Assembly: GCF_004010195.1 (NCBI RefSeq)
Contig: NC_057717.1
Coordinates: forward strand, 102,355,002 to 102,419,001
DNA: 64,000 nt
Direction: 5' to 3'
Origin: Chiloscyllium plagiosum
Lineage: Eukaryota
Shown: positions 12,110 through 24,361 of the stretch, one piece after another
How positions within the stretch are numbered: position 1 is the stretch's first letter
Layout of the letters: every line of letters begins with the position of its first letter
Translations under genes and position numbers: made by a program
Notes under the pieces: generated by a model
Told to the model about the DNA's origin: nothing
The model's input: only the letters and a program-made list of their open reading frames with translations
Database searches by the model: none

Positions 12110-12415
12110 TATTGTTTCATGGGATGTGAGCATCACTCGCTGCCCCAATATTGCCCAGAGGGCAGTTCAGAGTCAACCACATTGCTGTGTGTCTGGAGTC
12201 AGACCAGGTTAGGATGGCAGTTTCCTTCCCAAAAGTGAACCAGATGGATTTTTCCAGTTGGCAATGGTTTCATGTTCATCATTAGACTCTTAACCCCAGA
12301 CATATTTCTTAATTGAATTCAAATTCCACCATCTGCATGAAGGTATTTGAACCTGGGTCCCCAGGACATTACCAGGGTTTCTAGAATACTAGTCTAGCGA
12401 CAGCGCCACACGTCC
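12110..12415 (-). mobile_element. tRNA-derived SINE, second family (other copies ~22655-22940 -, 27417-27750 +, 37365-38065 + interrupted, 57950-58168 +)
   Basis: Shared GACCCAGGTTCAAAT B-box and GACTCCAGACCCACAGCAATGTGGTTGACTCT core across copies. Confidence 0.7.
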
Positions 12416-12504
12416 ATCGGCAACACAAATTAAATTCCCTCTGCCACTCCTCTGCCCACCAGCCCATCTGATCACTCAACGTAACTCCAATGACTGGGGT
12501 TTGC

Positions 12505-12933
12505 AATGTGTGTGCATTTTCACACATGTACAAACACACAGGTGCAAATATACACTCAGACACGCATGCACATGCATGCTCACACATGCACACAGACATG
12601 TACTAACATGCATACATACACACACATACAGATACCTATGCACACATGCACATATACACACATGTACACACGCGCACGCACACATACACACCCTCACACA
12701 CATATACACACACTTACATGTACACGCACGTACAGATACATACACACATGCACACACACGCACCCTCACACACACACGCAGATATATATGCACACATGCA
12801 CACCTACACACGTGCATACACACATACAGATACATATGGACACATGCAAACATACACACATGCACACACACACATACAGATACATACGTACACATGCACA
12901 CGCGCGGACACACACACATGCACACACACACAC
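12505..12933. repeat. Degenerate (CA)n/(CATA)n microsatellite
   Basis: Direct inspection; source of the His/Thr and Cys/Val junk ORFs. Confidence 0.95.
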
Positions 12934-13542
12934 TTCATGAAAAGACAACAATAAAACAGACTTCTTTGCAGAGATTGCTTTTCTCCAGAAAAAAACACTC
13001 CAGCCAATGGCTTATTCTTGAAGGCAAAAGAATAAAATGCTGAATGCTGCGGAATCTTCAGGAAATGCAATCTGAAAATGTCTTTCAATCACTCTTTTAA
13101 AAAAAAACCAGTTCTCTTTTCCGAAACTGGAGAGATCAGCTGGGCAGCTTGTTCATGGCATGCTGTCCTCTAACACGGCTGGTTCTTGGCAGGATTTCTT
13201 CACCCAACTTGACGGGAGGGGATAGAGGGCGGTGGTAGAGAGATGGTTCTCAGACTCGAGGCCTGTGACCAGCGGTGTGCCTCAGGGGTCGGTGCTGGGT
13301 CTACTGTTGTTTGTCATTTATATAAACGATTTGGATAAGAATGTAGGAGGCGTGGTTAGTAAGTTTGTGGATGACACCACAATTAGTGAATGGCGTATAG
13401 TGAAGAAGGTTATCAAAACGTACAACGGGATCTTGATCAACTGGGTCAGTGGGCCGAGGAATGGCTGATGGAGTTTAAGTTAGAGAAGTACAAAGTGCTG
13501 CATTTTGATACGGCACAGTAAGATAGGATTACACAATTAATG

Positions 13543-14200
13543 AGGTAAAAACAATGACTGCAGATGCTGGAAACCAGATTCTGGATTGGTGGTGCTGGAA
13601 GAGCACAGCAGTTCAGGCAGCATCCGAGGACAGGCAAAATCGACGTTTCGGGCAAAAGCCCTTCATCAGGAATAAAGGCAGAGAGNNNNNNNNNNNNNNN
13701 NNNNNNNNNNNNNNNNNNNNNNNNNNNNNNNNNNNNNNNNNNNNNNNNNNNNNNNNNNNNNNNNNNNNNNNNNNNNNNNNNNNNNNNNNNNNNNNNNNNN
13801 NNNNNNNNNNNNNNNNNNNNNNNNNNNNNNNNNNNNNNNNNNNNNNNNNNNNNNNNNNNNNNNNNNNNNNNNNNNNNNNNNNNNNNNNNNNNNNNNNNNN
13901 NNNNNNNNNNNNNNNNNNNNNNNNNNNNNNNNNNNNNNNNNNNNNNNNNNNNNNNNNNNNNNNNNNNNNNNNNNNNNNNNNNNACCGCATCGGGAGCAAC
14001 GGATACAATAAATGATATTAGTGGATGTGCAGGTAAAACTTTGATGGATGTGGAAGGCTCCTTTAGGGCCTTGGATGGAGGTGAGGGAGGAGGTGTGGGC
14101 ACAGGTTTTACAGTTCCTGCGGTGGCAGGGGAAAGTGCCAGGATGGGAGGGTGGGTCGTAGGGGGGCGTGGACCTGACCAGGTAGTCACGGAGGGAACGG
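13543..14200 (-). mobile_element. Penelope-like element 3' part (GIY-YIG region and 3' end) spanning gap 13686-13983
   Basis: Minus strand reads QSFTCTSTNIIYCIRCSRC after the gap; hammerhead motif at the terminus. Confidence 0.75.
13638..13673 (-). ncRNA. Minimal type I hammerhead ribozyme motif (Penelope type)
   Basis: AUUC-CUGAUGA-A-GGGC UUUU GCCC-GAAA-CG-UC-GAUU; core intact, palindromic ACGU helix III, GUC site. Confidence 0.7.
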
Positions 14201-14536
14201 GGGCCAGGCCCTGGGGAGTGTTGTCAAACACAGAGACCTCATGGTACATGTATGTAGTGCGTCGAAAGTGGCGTCGCAGGTAGACAGGTTAGTGAATCAG
14301 GCGTTTAGCACACACTTGCCTTCATTGATCAGAACATTGAGTACAAGAGTCGGGATATCATGTTATGGCTGTACAAGATATCGGGTCAGGACACATTTGG
14401 AGTACTGCATACCACTCTAGTCACCCCACTGAGGGAAGGATGTTATTATATTGGAAAGGGTGCAAAAAATAATTGACAAGGATGTTACCGAGACTGGTGG
14501 TTTTGAGTTACAGGGAGAGACTGAATAGACTTATAG

Positions 14537-14872
14537 AAGTCATACAATCCCTACAATGTGGAAACAGGCCACTTGGCCCAACATGCCCACACCAATCCTC
14601 CAAAGAGCATCCCACCCAGACCCATTCCATTACTGTACACTTACCCGAGTAATTCACCTAACCCTCACATCACTGAACACTATGGGCAATTTAGCTTGGC
14701 CAATTCACCTAACCTTCACATGTTTGGATTGTGGGAGGAAACTTGAGCACCTGGAGGAAACCCGAGCAGATATGGGGAAAATGAGCAAATTCCAAACAGT
14801 TGCCCGAGACTGGGATTGAACCCGGATCCCTGGTATTGTGAGGCAGCAGTGCTAACCACTGAGCCACTGTGT
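14537..14872 (-). mobile_element. HE1-like V-SINE
   Basis: GAGGCAGCAGTGCTAACCACTGAGCCAC head and V-domain on the minus strand. Confidence 0.85.
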
Positions 14873-14908
14873 TACTCAAAGCCTGGAACATCAGAGGCTG
14901 AGGGGTGA

Positions 14909-15167
14909 TCAAAGTTTGTGTGAAGATTTGTAGCTCGGGTGCTCGTTGCTGTGGTTCTGTTCGCCGAGCTGGATGTTTTTGTTGCAAACGTTTCGTCCCC
15001 TGGCTAGGCGACATCATCAGTGCTTGGGAGCCTCCTGCGAAGCGCTTCTTTGATGTTTCCTCCGGTGTTTATAGTGGTCTGTCCCTGCCGCTTCCGGTTG
15101 TCAGTTTCAGCTGTCCGCTGTAGTGGTTGGTATATTGGGTCCAGGTCGATGTGTTTGTTGATGGAGT
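14909..15167 (-). mobile_element. 259-bp Penelope-like 3' fragment with 10-bp TSD TGAGGGGTGA
   Basis: TSD at 14899-14908 and 15168-15177; minus frame NSINKHIDLDPIYQPLQR resembles a PLE ORF C-terminus; hammerhead at 14984-15023. Confidence 0.8.
14984..15023 (-). ncRNA. Minimal type I hammerhead ribozyme motif
   Basis: GCA-CUGAUGA-U-GUCGCCU AGCC AGGGGAC-GAAA-CG-UU-UGC; helix I GCA/UGC, core intact. Confidence 0.72.
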
Positions 15168-15547
15168 TGAGGGGTGACCTTATAGAGGTTTATAAGATCA
15201 TGAGGGGCATGATTAGGATAAATAGACAAAATCTTTTCACCAGGGACAGGGGAATCCAAAACTAGCGGGTGTAGGTTTAAGGTGAGTGGAAAAAGATTTA
15301 AAATAGACCTGAAGTGCAACTTTTTCACACAGAAGGTGATGGGTGTATGGAATGAGCTGCCAGAGGAAGTGGTGGAGACTAGTACAATTACAGCATTTAA
15401 AAGGCATCAGAATTGGTATATGAATAGGAAGGGTTTAGAGGGATATGGGCCAAGTGCTGGCGAAGAGACCAGATTAACTTGGGAAACATGGTTGGCATGG
15501 GCGAGTTGGGCCGAAGGGTCTGTTTCTGTGCTGTATGACTCTACACC

Positions 15548-16326
15548 TCAAATGGCTATTAGAAGGGTTTCCATCAACTTACTTGATAAAACAAGAGCCT
15601 GCCCAATGACTGTCCTACCCTCACCTCATTTGTATCTTTTAATTTCTGATGTGTGAAAGCATTTTGAGATTTGTTTATAGAAAGAAATCAAAACAAGCAA
15701 CATATTAATGGCATGAATGGGCACGGCCAGCTCTGTTACATGCAAATCTTTTGTCAAGGGAGGAAAATATAAACTCTAATAAATGGTTTTGCACTGACCA
15801 TTAAAGTGCTTTCTTGGCAATGTATGGAGCTGAAAGCGGAATCTGTTACATTATACCCCTGCCTCATTTTCCACACACATTAAATTATAGGGTAGGTGAA
15901 ACAACAATGTCTAATCGCAGTGATTATCATTGGCACTTGATGTCTCTGTGATTCACTCTTATACAATTACAACTAACCAGATTGATGACTCATCTAAACA
16001 CAAGAATGACAGCAAATCTCCAAGTTTGGCAAGATGTCAGTTCCCCAATGGGTGGGGAGACGGGGACAGGAACCCTCAGAGTTTGAGATCACAATGTGGG
16101 GCAGAAGTGGTATTGAAGGTAAATCAGCTCCTCAACATCCGATGCTTAATTTTCCTGTTACCTGAGGTGAAGACTGACCATACACTGCACAGGAGGATAA
16201 AGTTCACTCATGTTGTTCTGGAAGGAAGGTAACTTTAAATCGCAGAGCGTGCTGCAACGGCCTGGTATAATGTTTACCCACTGCCTCTTCCTTCAGAAAG
16301 AAATAAATCTTATCAGAAAATGTAAC
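15548..16326. repeat. Local segmental duplication, copy B
   Basis: Direct-orientation copy of 7822-8975, offset 7351 bp in the core; lacks 7883-8268. Confidence 0.92.
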
Positions 16327-16429
16327 TACTTAAAGAAAGCACGGTTTGCAATGTTCTGGAGAGAATGACAATCACATGCTTCACCTCTACCATTCCTCCT
16401 CTCCACAATGTACAAGGCTTTAGATGTGG

Positions 16430-18870
16430 AGCATATAACACAGGACAGTACAACACAGTACAGGCCCTTCGGCCCGTGATGTTGTGCCAACCTTTTGTCC
16501 TACTCTAAGTTCAGACTAACCTACATTTTACTTCATTTTACTATCATCCATGTGCCTATTCAAGAGTTGCTTAAATGTCCCTAATGTATCTGACTCTACT
16601 ACCACTGCTAGCAGTGCATTCCATATAGCGACCTACGGTCAGCATCATTTCAACGTTCACCTACTTCCTTAGCTTTTCAGACCTGACCAGACCTGACTGG
16701 GGGTCACCACTACTGTCTCACACCTGCAGGGACCCGCTCAGTGCGCATGCTCCATTCACCTGCCCATCAATGTGGCCAGATCATCACACCCCATGCTGAG
16801 TGAGCATGTCCTTTTTCACATAAGGAAAATGGATAGAGTAAGTAGACGAGGTCTTTCCCCAAGTTAGGAAAGTCCAAAACTAGAGGGCATAGTTTTACGG
16901 TGAGAGGGGAAAGATTTAAAAGGGACCTGGGGGCAACCTTTTCACACAGAGGGTGGTGCGTGTATGGAATGAGCTGCCAGAGGAAGTGGTGGAGGCTGGT
17001 ACAATTATAGCATTTAAAAGGCATCCGGATGGGTTTAGAGGGATATGGACCAAATGCTGGCAAAAGAGACTAGATTAATGTAGGATATCTGGTCAGCATG
17101 GATGAGTTGGACTAAAGGGGCTGTTTTTGTGCTGGATAGCTTTATGACTCTATGTCTAGCTGTGTGGAGTTTGCACATGTTGCCATGTCTGTGTGGGTTT
17201 CCTCTGGATGCTCCGGTTTCCTCCTACAGTCCAAAGATGGTGGATTGGCCATACTAAATTGTCCATAGTGGCCAGGGATGTATAGGCTAGGTGGGTTAGC
17301 CATGGGAAATGTAGGTATAGCGTGGAGGAGAGGTTGTTGTCTGGTCTGCATGGGATGCTCTTTGGAGAGTCGATGCAGACTCGATGGGCCAAATGGCCTC
17401 TACCTGCACTGTCAGGTTTCTATGGTCAGCATCATTTAACTGTTCACCTCCTTCCTTAACCTTTCAGATCAAAGTAGTTCCTTGTTTATCAGCCCTTCAC
17501 AGTTAGTCTCCACTCAGAGTCAGCCCACCCTCCGTCACCAAACACCAGGGTGTTCTGCCAATAGTGAGTGCCCCACCCTATCCTTTCTTCTTATAATCCG
17601 ACATGACTTTGATTGATATAATCAATAGGTTGTGGTTATGAAGAACTCTGTTATTCTAAATTTGTTATTATAAAAAAATGGGTAAGAGCCAATTTATTCA
17701 TTAACATATCGGGCCAGGTTTCTACCTGCCTTGCTAAACAGTGTTTGGATTTGGCACATGTCCGCACTGAACTGTCATTGATTCTAATCACATTTTGCTT
17801 TGGGAAGTGTCAACCATGTGGCATATTCATGCTTTTGTTGTTCTTTCTTGAGATGTGGGTGTCACTGGTTGAGCCAGTATTTGTTGCCCAATCTGTATTG
17901 CCATGGAGTCATATAGTATGGGCACAAACCAGCCAGTCCACACCGACCATGTTCTGAAACTAAACTCGTCACTCCTGCGTGTTCCTGGCCCATGTCCCTC
18001 CAAATGTTCATGTACTTATCTAAATGTCTTTTAAATATTGCAACTGCAGACGCATCCAACCCTTCCTCTGGAAGCTCACTCCACTCCTGAACCACTCTCT
18101 CTATATAAAAAAAAACTGTCCTTCATGTCTTTTTAAAATCTCTCTCCTCTCACCTTTAAAAATATGCCCCCAGGTCTTGAAATCCCCCCTCCTAGAAAAA
18201 GGACACCTGATATTCAATTTATCTGTACCCCTCATGATTTTATAAATCTCTATAAGGTCACCCCTCAGTCTTCTACACTTCAGTGAAAAAGTCCCAGCCT
18301 ATTCAGCCTCTTCTGATACCTCAAGCTCTCCATTCCCGGCAACGTCCTGGTAAATCTTTTCTGAACCCTCTCCAGCTTGAAATTACCTTTCCTAAAATAG
18401 GGCGACCAGAACTGGACGTAATACTCCAGACGAGGCCTCACCAACATCCCTTACAACCTCAACGCCTATACTCAAAGGAGTGAGCAATGAAGGCACTCAG
18501 AGTGCCTCAAATGCCTTCTTAACCATCCTAAGCATATGCGATGGAAATTTCAAAGATGTGCATAGAGTCACAGAGCCATAGAGCTGTACAGCACAGAAAC
18601 AGACCTTTCAGTCCAACTTGTCCATACCAATCAGATATCCTCAATTAATCTGGTCCCATTTGCCAGCACTTGGCCCATATCCCTCCAAACCCTTCCTATT
18701 CACGTACCTATCCAGATGTCTTTTACACCTGAACTCTAAGGTCTCTCTGATCTGCAACACTATCCAAGGCCTTACCTTCAATTGTATAAGTCCTGTCTTT
18801 GTTTTACCAAAACGCAATACCTCGCATTTATCTAGGCTAAATCCCATCTGCCATTCTTCAGCCCATTGAC
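16430..18870. mobile_element. Cluster of CR1 fragments (16430-16625 -, 16825-17152 +, 17905-18870 -) and a truncated V-SINE (17160-17425 +)
   Basis: CR1 C-terminal/3' UTR motifs and V-domain sequence. Confidence 0.75.
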
Positions 18871-19821
18871 CCAATAGTTCTTGAGAAGGTGACAGTGAGC
18901 TGCTTTCTTGAACTGCTGCAGTCTATTTGGAGCAGGTATTCCCACAGAACTGCAGGAGAAGGAGCCCCGTGACAAGTCCAAGTCAGGATGATGGACAGGA
19001 ACTTACAGCTGGTGTCCGCTACTGTACTAATAAGATAAACAATCACTTATCACAGGAAACTTCTTCAATGTGGTACATTCAGTGTGGAGAATCTGTGGAA
19101 TTTGTTGCTACAGAGGGTTGTAGAGACCAGGTCATTGAGTATATGTAAAATAGAGATAGGTAGGTTCTTGAGTGGGATGAAAGTGGGAGAACGTGGTCGA
19201 AAAACCTATCAGCCATGATTGAATGGTGGAGCAGACTCAATGGGCCGAATGGTCTGATTTCTGCCCCTATGCCTTATGGATCTTATGGTTCAAACCTGAT
19301 GGAAATGAGGAGAAAATTAGGCTGAAGCTGTGATTCAGAAAGTATGTATTCAGGAAGATTGAGAAGGTGTAGAGAGCTAAAGGAATAGAGTTGAAGGTTA
19401 TTTATTTCTTTATCCCTTCATGGGATGTGGTATCACTGCTGAGTCCAGGACTTGTTGCCTATCCCTAATTGCCATGGAACGGAATGGACTCCTCAGCTAT
19501 TTCAGAAAGCAATTGACATGGGTCTAGAATCATGTGTTGGCCAGATCAAGCAAGGCTGGTGGATTGCCCTCACTAAGGGAGGACAGTTGACCAGATGGAT
19601 TGCTACAACAGATGGAGCTTTCACGAGACAAGCTTTCAATTTCAGATATTTTCCTCATCAAACTTCAGTACGTTAGTTGTGCGAAATGTAGAGTAATAGG
19701 GTAAGGGAATGGGTCTGTGTGGAACACTTTTTGTCGGGTCAGTGTGGATTTGGTGGGCCAAATGGCCTGTTTCCATACTGTAGGGATTCTATATTCTTCG
19801 ATTCTATGTTCTTCAACCTGT

Positions 19822-20413
19822 TGTTATGGACTAGGCCAGACCACTCAAAACATTCTTAAAGCAGGCAGACCAGACCATAACTTTACAATTTGTAAGTGTA
19901 CAGTGAAAATTACCTGGAGTGAGGTAGCTAGGTTGACTATTAGATGTCAACTTTACTCATTAAACTGCACACTATAACACAAAGAACAGAATAAAGCACC
20001 CCTTCGGAACTCAGTCTATCCAAACTAGACTTAACTATGCTGTTCCGAATATACACAACTATCCCAATAAGCAACCCCCCTTAAAAACCAGTACAAATGG
20101 AACACATGTGTGCAGGTTGAAGCTTGAAGGGCGGAAAGAGATAGAGTGTGTTTCTGCACAGCTCACTGTTGAACACCTTTACCTAGTTCTGGATTGAACT
20201 GCTCAGCTTGAGAGCTGACCACTCCCCTTTCATTATACAGGTCGCTTCTAAAACATGAGCACTTTGGCCTGAAGTCTCATCTGTTTACATATAAACCAAA
20301 AGGCCTCTCAAAATCCTTTTCATCTCTGTACCAAACCATACTGATCGGAGCCCGGCCCATTTATGACTCCTCTGATAAAAATCAAGGATAGACTATCCTT
20401 GAGCCTAGGAACA
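19822..20413. mobile_element. Probable LTR remnant
   Basis: Starts TGTTATG and ends ACA, non-coding, ~590 bp; no TSD seen. Confidence 0.4.
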
Positions 20414-20934
20414 TCTGGTCAGCATGGACGAGTTGGACTGAGGGGCCTGTTTCTGTGCTGCACATCGCTATGACTCTAAAACCAACTGATCAAAAGAAAA
20501 ATGAGAGCAGTGGTCAATAGATATCGTTCAGGCTGGATGAAGGTTTTTTGTGGATTTTCCTGGGGTCAGTATTAGGACTCTTCCTTCTAAAATGAAAAAC
20601 AACCCTTGCCCACTGTGAGGGGGTGAAACTAGTCAAGGAAACCACATTGACATGATGAATGCTCTGGTCTGCCCGTACCACATATAATTGTGGGAAGAGG
20701 GTTCCATTGAAAGGGAGGCGTGTGGTGAGAGTTACAGCTAGACCATAATCAGCTCACACCCCACCCCCAGCTGACATGCAGATGGGTGGGCGAGTGACCC
20801 ACACACAGAGACCTTCCCAATGAGGAGATTGAGCCAATGTCACATCTGATAGATCCCACAGCACCATCATGAAGGCGAGCGCCTGGAATTTTCTTGCTGG
20901 CCAAAATTTCCATCCATCAGCCAACATGGCCAGC

Positions 20935-21045
20935 ACAGATCATGTTGCTCACTGTGGGATCTTGCTGTGCACAATGTGGCTGCTGCGTTGACAGTAGCGC
21001 GTGCACTTCAACGAGAGGGTGTTGCAAATTGCGTTGGGATCTTCT
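20935..21045 (+). mobile_element. Ancient DeuSINE-like (AmnSINE1/SacSINE1-type) remnant
   Basis: TGTGGGATCTTGCTGTGCACAATGTGGCTGCTGCGTT resembles the Deu-domain 3' region as I recall it. Confidence 0.45.
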
Positions 21046-21596
21046 GCCTGCACGCGGAAATTGGAAGTTGTGTCTCCCTCCATGCCCCGAGAACGTTTTC
21101 CACGGAATCACCGCAGCTTGATGCAGTGATCCAGATCGACACTACTCTGGGACAGGGAAGGAGGTTTGAAAGACCCTGAAGGGCCTTTCCTATTCTGATC
21201 CTTCCCTGGGCTTCAGTCAAACCATTTGGATCCAAACGTTTGCAAGATAATCCAGTGATAGATTTCTCAACAACATTGCCAGCCGTGAGAAAGACGTTCA
21301 CTCCAAACAAAATTGCTGTGTTAACGAATACAAGTGCAGTGTTTTGCTGGTTGCTTGTAAACATTTCAAACACTTCATGTAGGTAGCTTTTTGGCTCAGG
21401 ACGGTGATTGGCATTTGGCAAGACTTGATTCGATGTTTATCAGGTAACACCCTGACGCAGAATCAGCTACTTCCCAACCAACAATGGACAAACCCCTTCA
21501 ATCCCTCCAACCCCTGCCCTGACTTTCAATTCTAAGGCTTTGCTTCTGGATTAGGGGACACCCTTCAATCCCAATCTTGTTGCCCCTCCCCCTCCC

Positions 21597-22535
21597 CTGT
21601 GGGGGGGATCTCATTTGACCATGTTTGAGCGACAGGGAGGGGCTGAACAGGCTGGGGCTGTTTTCCCTGGAGCACCGGAGGCTGAGGGGTGACCTTATAG
21701 AGGTTTATAAAATCATGAGGGGCGTGCAAAGGGTAAATAGACAATGTTTTTTCCCCCAGGGTGGGGGAGTCCAGAACTAGAAGGGCATAGGTTTAAGTTG
21801 AGAGGGGAAAGCTATAAAAGGGACCTAAGGGGTACCTTTTTCACGCAGAGGGTAGTGTGTATATGGAATGAGCTGCCAGAGTAAGTGGTGGCGGCTGGTA
21901 CAGTTACAACATTTAAAAGGCATCTGGATGGGTGCATGAATAGGAAGGGTTTGGACAGATATGGGCTAAATGCAGGCAAATGGGACTGATTTATTTAGGG
22001 TATATGGACGAGTTGGACGGAAGGGTCTGTTTCTGTGCTGTACATCTCTATGTCTTTCTGACTATATGAGATCCTAGATTAGGGTTGTTAACCTAAAAAT
22101 GTTAAAATTGAGGGGTTATAGATACAGGACAGATGTCAGAGGTAGGTTCTTTACTCAGAGGGTAGTAAGGGCATGGAATGCTCTATCTGCTCCAGCAGTA
22201 GACTCACCAACTTTAAGGATATTTAAATGGTCATTGGATAAACATATGGATGATAATGGAATAGTGTAGGATTGATGGGTTTCAGATTGGTTTCACAATT
22301 CGGCACAATATCAAGGGCAGAAGGGCCTGTACTGCGCTCTAATGTTCTATGTTCTATGCTCTAACCTGATCCAATCAGGGAGCCCCGGCTGACAGATATA
22401 AACAGAAGGATCAGAGACTCTCCTTAATCTACGGGCTGGCTCTGAGCCGGCCAGTCAGAGCCAATGTACTGTAATGCACATGTAAATAAAGGATAACTTG
22501 GTGACAGGATATCAGCCGCTGTGTAGTTATTTCCC
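21597..22535 (+). mobile_element. Solo-LTR-like element interrupted by two CR1 3' fragments (21626-22055; 22095-22361 with TAACCT duplication)
   Basis: The 3' part has CCAAT (22371), ATATAAA (~22395), AATAAA (~22485) and ends in CA; TAACCT at 22089-22094 and 22362-22367. Confidence 0.5.
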
Positions 22536-23399
22536 ATCCCCACCTTGGGCTGGGTCCAGTTGAGGGTTCCCTAGTCCTGATTTCTGCCAATGGACACGGC
22601 AACATGACACATGAAGAGACCAGACAAGGAGAGGATGCAGCTCTTACAGTTGTGGTGCCACATTTATTGCCCATCCCTAATTGCCCAGAAGGCAGTTAAG
22701 AGTCAACCACATTGCTGTGGGTGGGGAGTCACATGGAGGTCAGACCAGGTAAGGATGGCAGTTTCCTTCCCAAAAGGACATTAGCAAATCTGGTCATTAG
22801 TAATCTCTTAATTCCAGATTATTCCTCACCTCCGCCGATAAATTTAATTCAAATCTCACGGTCTGGATTTGAACCTGGGTCCCCAGAACATTACTTGAGT
22901 TTCTAGATTAATAATCTAGCGATAACACTACTAAACCTCCCCTGTGTAGGGGCAAATTGGCTAAGGGACAACTGGACAATGCAGATGAAAAGTGGATGTG
23001 TGGGCTTGCTGATGGAGGCTTCTTACCCTCTATGAACATTGCGCCTTAGCACAGGAAGGTCAGAACAGTGAAAGGCCATTCATCCCATCAAGTCTGCTGT
23101 GCCAGGCAAGTAGATCATAGCTTACCAACTGCTTCAACACCACTTTCCCACACAATCGACATACCCCTCTAGAAATCTGTCAATCTTTATTTGATGTTTT
23201 GTTTTAACATTCAATTTTTTACATAAGATTTACATTGGATATACAGGACAGACACAGGCTATTCCAGCCAAACTCGTCCATCCCATCTTTCCTCATTTAG
23301 ATCTGCCATCTTTCTCTACCTCCTTCAACCCTGGTCTTTCTCTTTCCTTAAATCCTCTGACCCTCATGAGCTTGCCTTGCTTTCCCTTAAACCAATTGA

Positions 23400-24070
23400 A
23401 ACCTGTACAGGTGGATAGAGTGGTCAAGAAGGCATAAGGTACGCTTGCCTTCATCGGACGGAGTATTGAGTATCGGAGCTGGCAGGTCATGTTAAAATTG
23501 TACAAGACTTTGGTTCAGCCGCATTTGGAATACTGTGTACAGTTCTGGTGGCCACATTACCAAAGGACGTGGACGCTTTGGAGAAGGTGAGGGGAAGGTT
23601 TATGAGGATGTTGCCTGGTCTGGAATGTGCTAGCTATGAAGAGGGTTGACTAGGTTAGGATTGTTTTCATTAGAAAAAAGGAGATTGAGGGGAGACCTGA
23701 TTGAGGTCTACAATATCATGAAGGGTATAGACTGTGTGGATAGAGACAAGCTTTTTCCCAGGGTGAAGGATTCAATAATGAGAGGTCATGCATTCAAGGT
23801 GAGAGGAGAAATGTTTAAGAGGGGTATACACAGCAAGTATTTCTCACAGAGGGTGGTAGGTGTCTGGAACACGTTGCCAGCAGAGGTGGTAGAGGCAGGC
23901 ACGGTAGATTCATTTACGTTGTGTCTGGACAGATGCATGAGTAGGTGGGGAGCAGAGGGATACAGATCCTTAGGAATTGGGCGACAGGTTTAGACAGTAG
24001 ATTTGGATCAGCTCAGGCTTGGAGGGCCGAAGGGCCTGTTCCTGGGCTGTACATTTTCTTTGTTCTTTTT
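23400..24070 (+). mobile_element. CR1 3' fragment
   Basis: RLGLFSLEKRRLRGDLIEVY...RVVGVWNTLP. Confidence 0.9.
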
Positions 24071-24361
24071 CTTCTTTGAAACTATTCACCTCAACCCTTC
24101 GGAGTGGGAGTGGATTTCACTCCTCACCACCCTCCGAAGGAAGATGTTTCTCCCAAATTCCGGACCAGATTTCCTGGTGACCACCTTGTGTTGAAGATCT
24201 CTCTTTGTCTGCATCCCCACGAATGAAGATATTCTCTCTCTCTCTCTCTCTATCCCCCGTGTCAATACCTTACATTATTTCAAAGAACTCTAACAGGTCA
24301 CTCCCTCAGCCTTCGATTTACAAGCAGAAAGGAGACCCAGATTGTTAACCACTTCCACATA

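Larger units (their letters stand above)
13225..15543 (+). mobile_element. CR1 3' half interrupted by two Penelope-like pieces and a V-SINE
   Basis: [18 protein letters not shown] at 13232, resuming at ~14203, ~14880 and 15168, then tail. Confidence 0.85.

Noticed and set aside
12476..13088. His/Thr- and Cys/Val-rich ORFs (also ~24.8 kb, ~33.1-33.9 kb, ~48.3 kb)
   Set aside because: Translations of CA/GT microsatellites.
13446..14283. Long ORFs containing X runs (also 24740-25505)
   Set aside because: Artefacts of reading through N gaps.
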